Origin: Narcine bancroftii
Lineage: Eukaryota
Assembly (NCBI RefSeq): GCF_036971445.1
Contig: NC_091469.1
Coordinates: forward strand, 377,084,001 to 377,148,000
Reading direction: 5' to 3'
Length of the DNA: 64,000 nucleotides
Below, in pieces: positions 63,452 through 64,000 of this stretch. The translations under genes and the position numbers were made by a program. Numbering within the stretch: the first letter of the stretch is position 1; each line of letters begins with the position of its first letter. The notes under the pieces were generated by a model. It was not told the DNA's origin, ran no database searches, and worked only from the letters and a program-made list of their open reading frames with translations.

Positions 63452-64000
63452 TGTGAGAGATGAGTAAAACTAATATGAAAATATGAGAGATGAATAAAGC
63501 AAGTATGAGGATAAGGATAGATAATAGAATGTAGGAAGTAAAGTTAGTCTGAATAAGATAAGGGTCTTCTAGCCTTAGACAGAATTAGCAAGTTCTACAT
63601 ATAAGAAGTTAGTAAGCCCTGAGGGTCGGGAAGGTGTGAATAAGGACAAAGGCAGGTTTATAAGGACAATAAGTTCAATGACATGACACCGACAGGATAC
63701 CCCCTGGTCCCCCAAGTTCACAGAAACAACACGTAGGCAGACAGGATTGCTTAATGCCAAACTTATCCAGGAAGCACAGAAGAATGTTAGGGGTGGGGGG
63801 CGGGGGGGGGGGGGGGGAGGGTACCTCTACACTGAAATGAACTGTATAAAAGTTGGGTGAGCCCCAGTATGTGTGTGTATTCCCAGGGTAATGGGAAAGC
63901 ACCCAGCTTTGCATTGTTGTATAATAAATGTTCTTTGTTCTCAATTTTTGTCTCGAGCAATTTCTGTGAAGGTACTTCTGTTTCTCACAAATGGGGGCTC
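63452..64000 (+). mobile_element. Putative 5' LTR plus start of tRNA-Pro primer-binding site (ERV-like); element continues beyond the window
   Basis: TGTGAGA...TCTCACA perfect 7-bp inverted termini (63452-63989), TATAAAA at 63845, AATAAA at 63923, then AA and TGGGGGCTC (63992-64000). The left boundary is tentative. Confidence 0.7.

Overview
Eukaryotic, repeat-rich vertebrate DNA, most likely a cartilaginous fish (shark/ray). This is inferred from the repeat complement: HE1-type V-SINEs, CR1, Rex1/Babar, Penelope and RTE families. Three protein-coding genes lie on the minus strand. (1) The first coding exon and CpG-island promoter of RANBP9 (ATG at 593; the gene continues off the left edge). 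(2) A complete 9-exon MCUR1/CCDC90A (38655 to 11793, 297 aa; all exons reconstructed by hand with GT-AG junctions and consistent phases). (3) An intronless RGS9BP/R9AP-family gene (51108 to 50344, 254 aa). The rest is mostly transposable elements: five 5'-truncated RTE LINE copies (two nearly identical), a CR1 > pogo > RTE triple nest in MCUR1 intron 2, Penelope fragments with hammerhead-like remnants, many Rex1/Babar fragments, a truncated Gypsy element, a solo LTR 8 nt from an MCUR1 splice donor, and a TSD-flanked 415-bp RTE-derived element with a structured 5' domain. At the right edge is an LTR followed by the start of a tRNA-Pro primer-binding site, probably an endogenous retrovirus. I found no convincing wholly new multi-gene system. 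The best leads are the putative ERV, the structured RTE 5' RNA, the RGS9BP paralog and the young RTE direct repeats. Repeat boundaries are approximate unless stated, and family assignments come from recalled motifs, not database searches.
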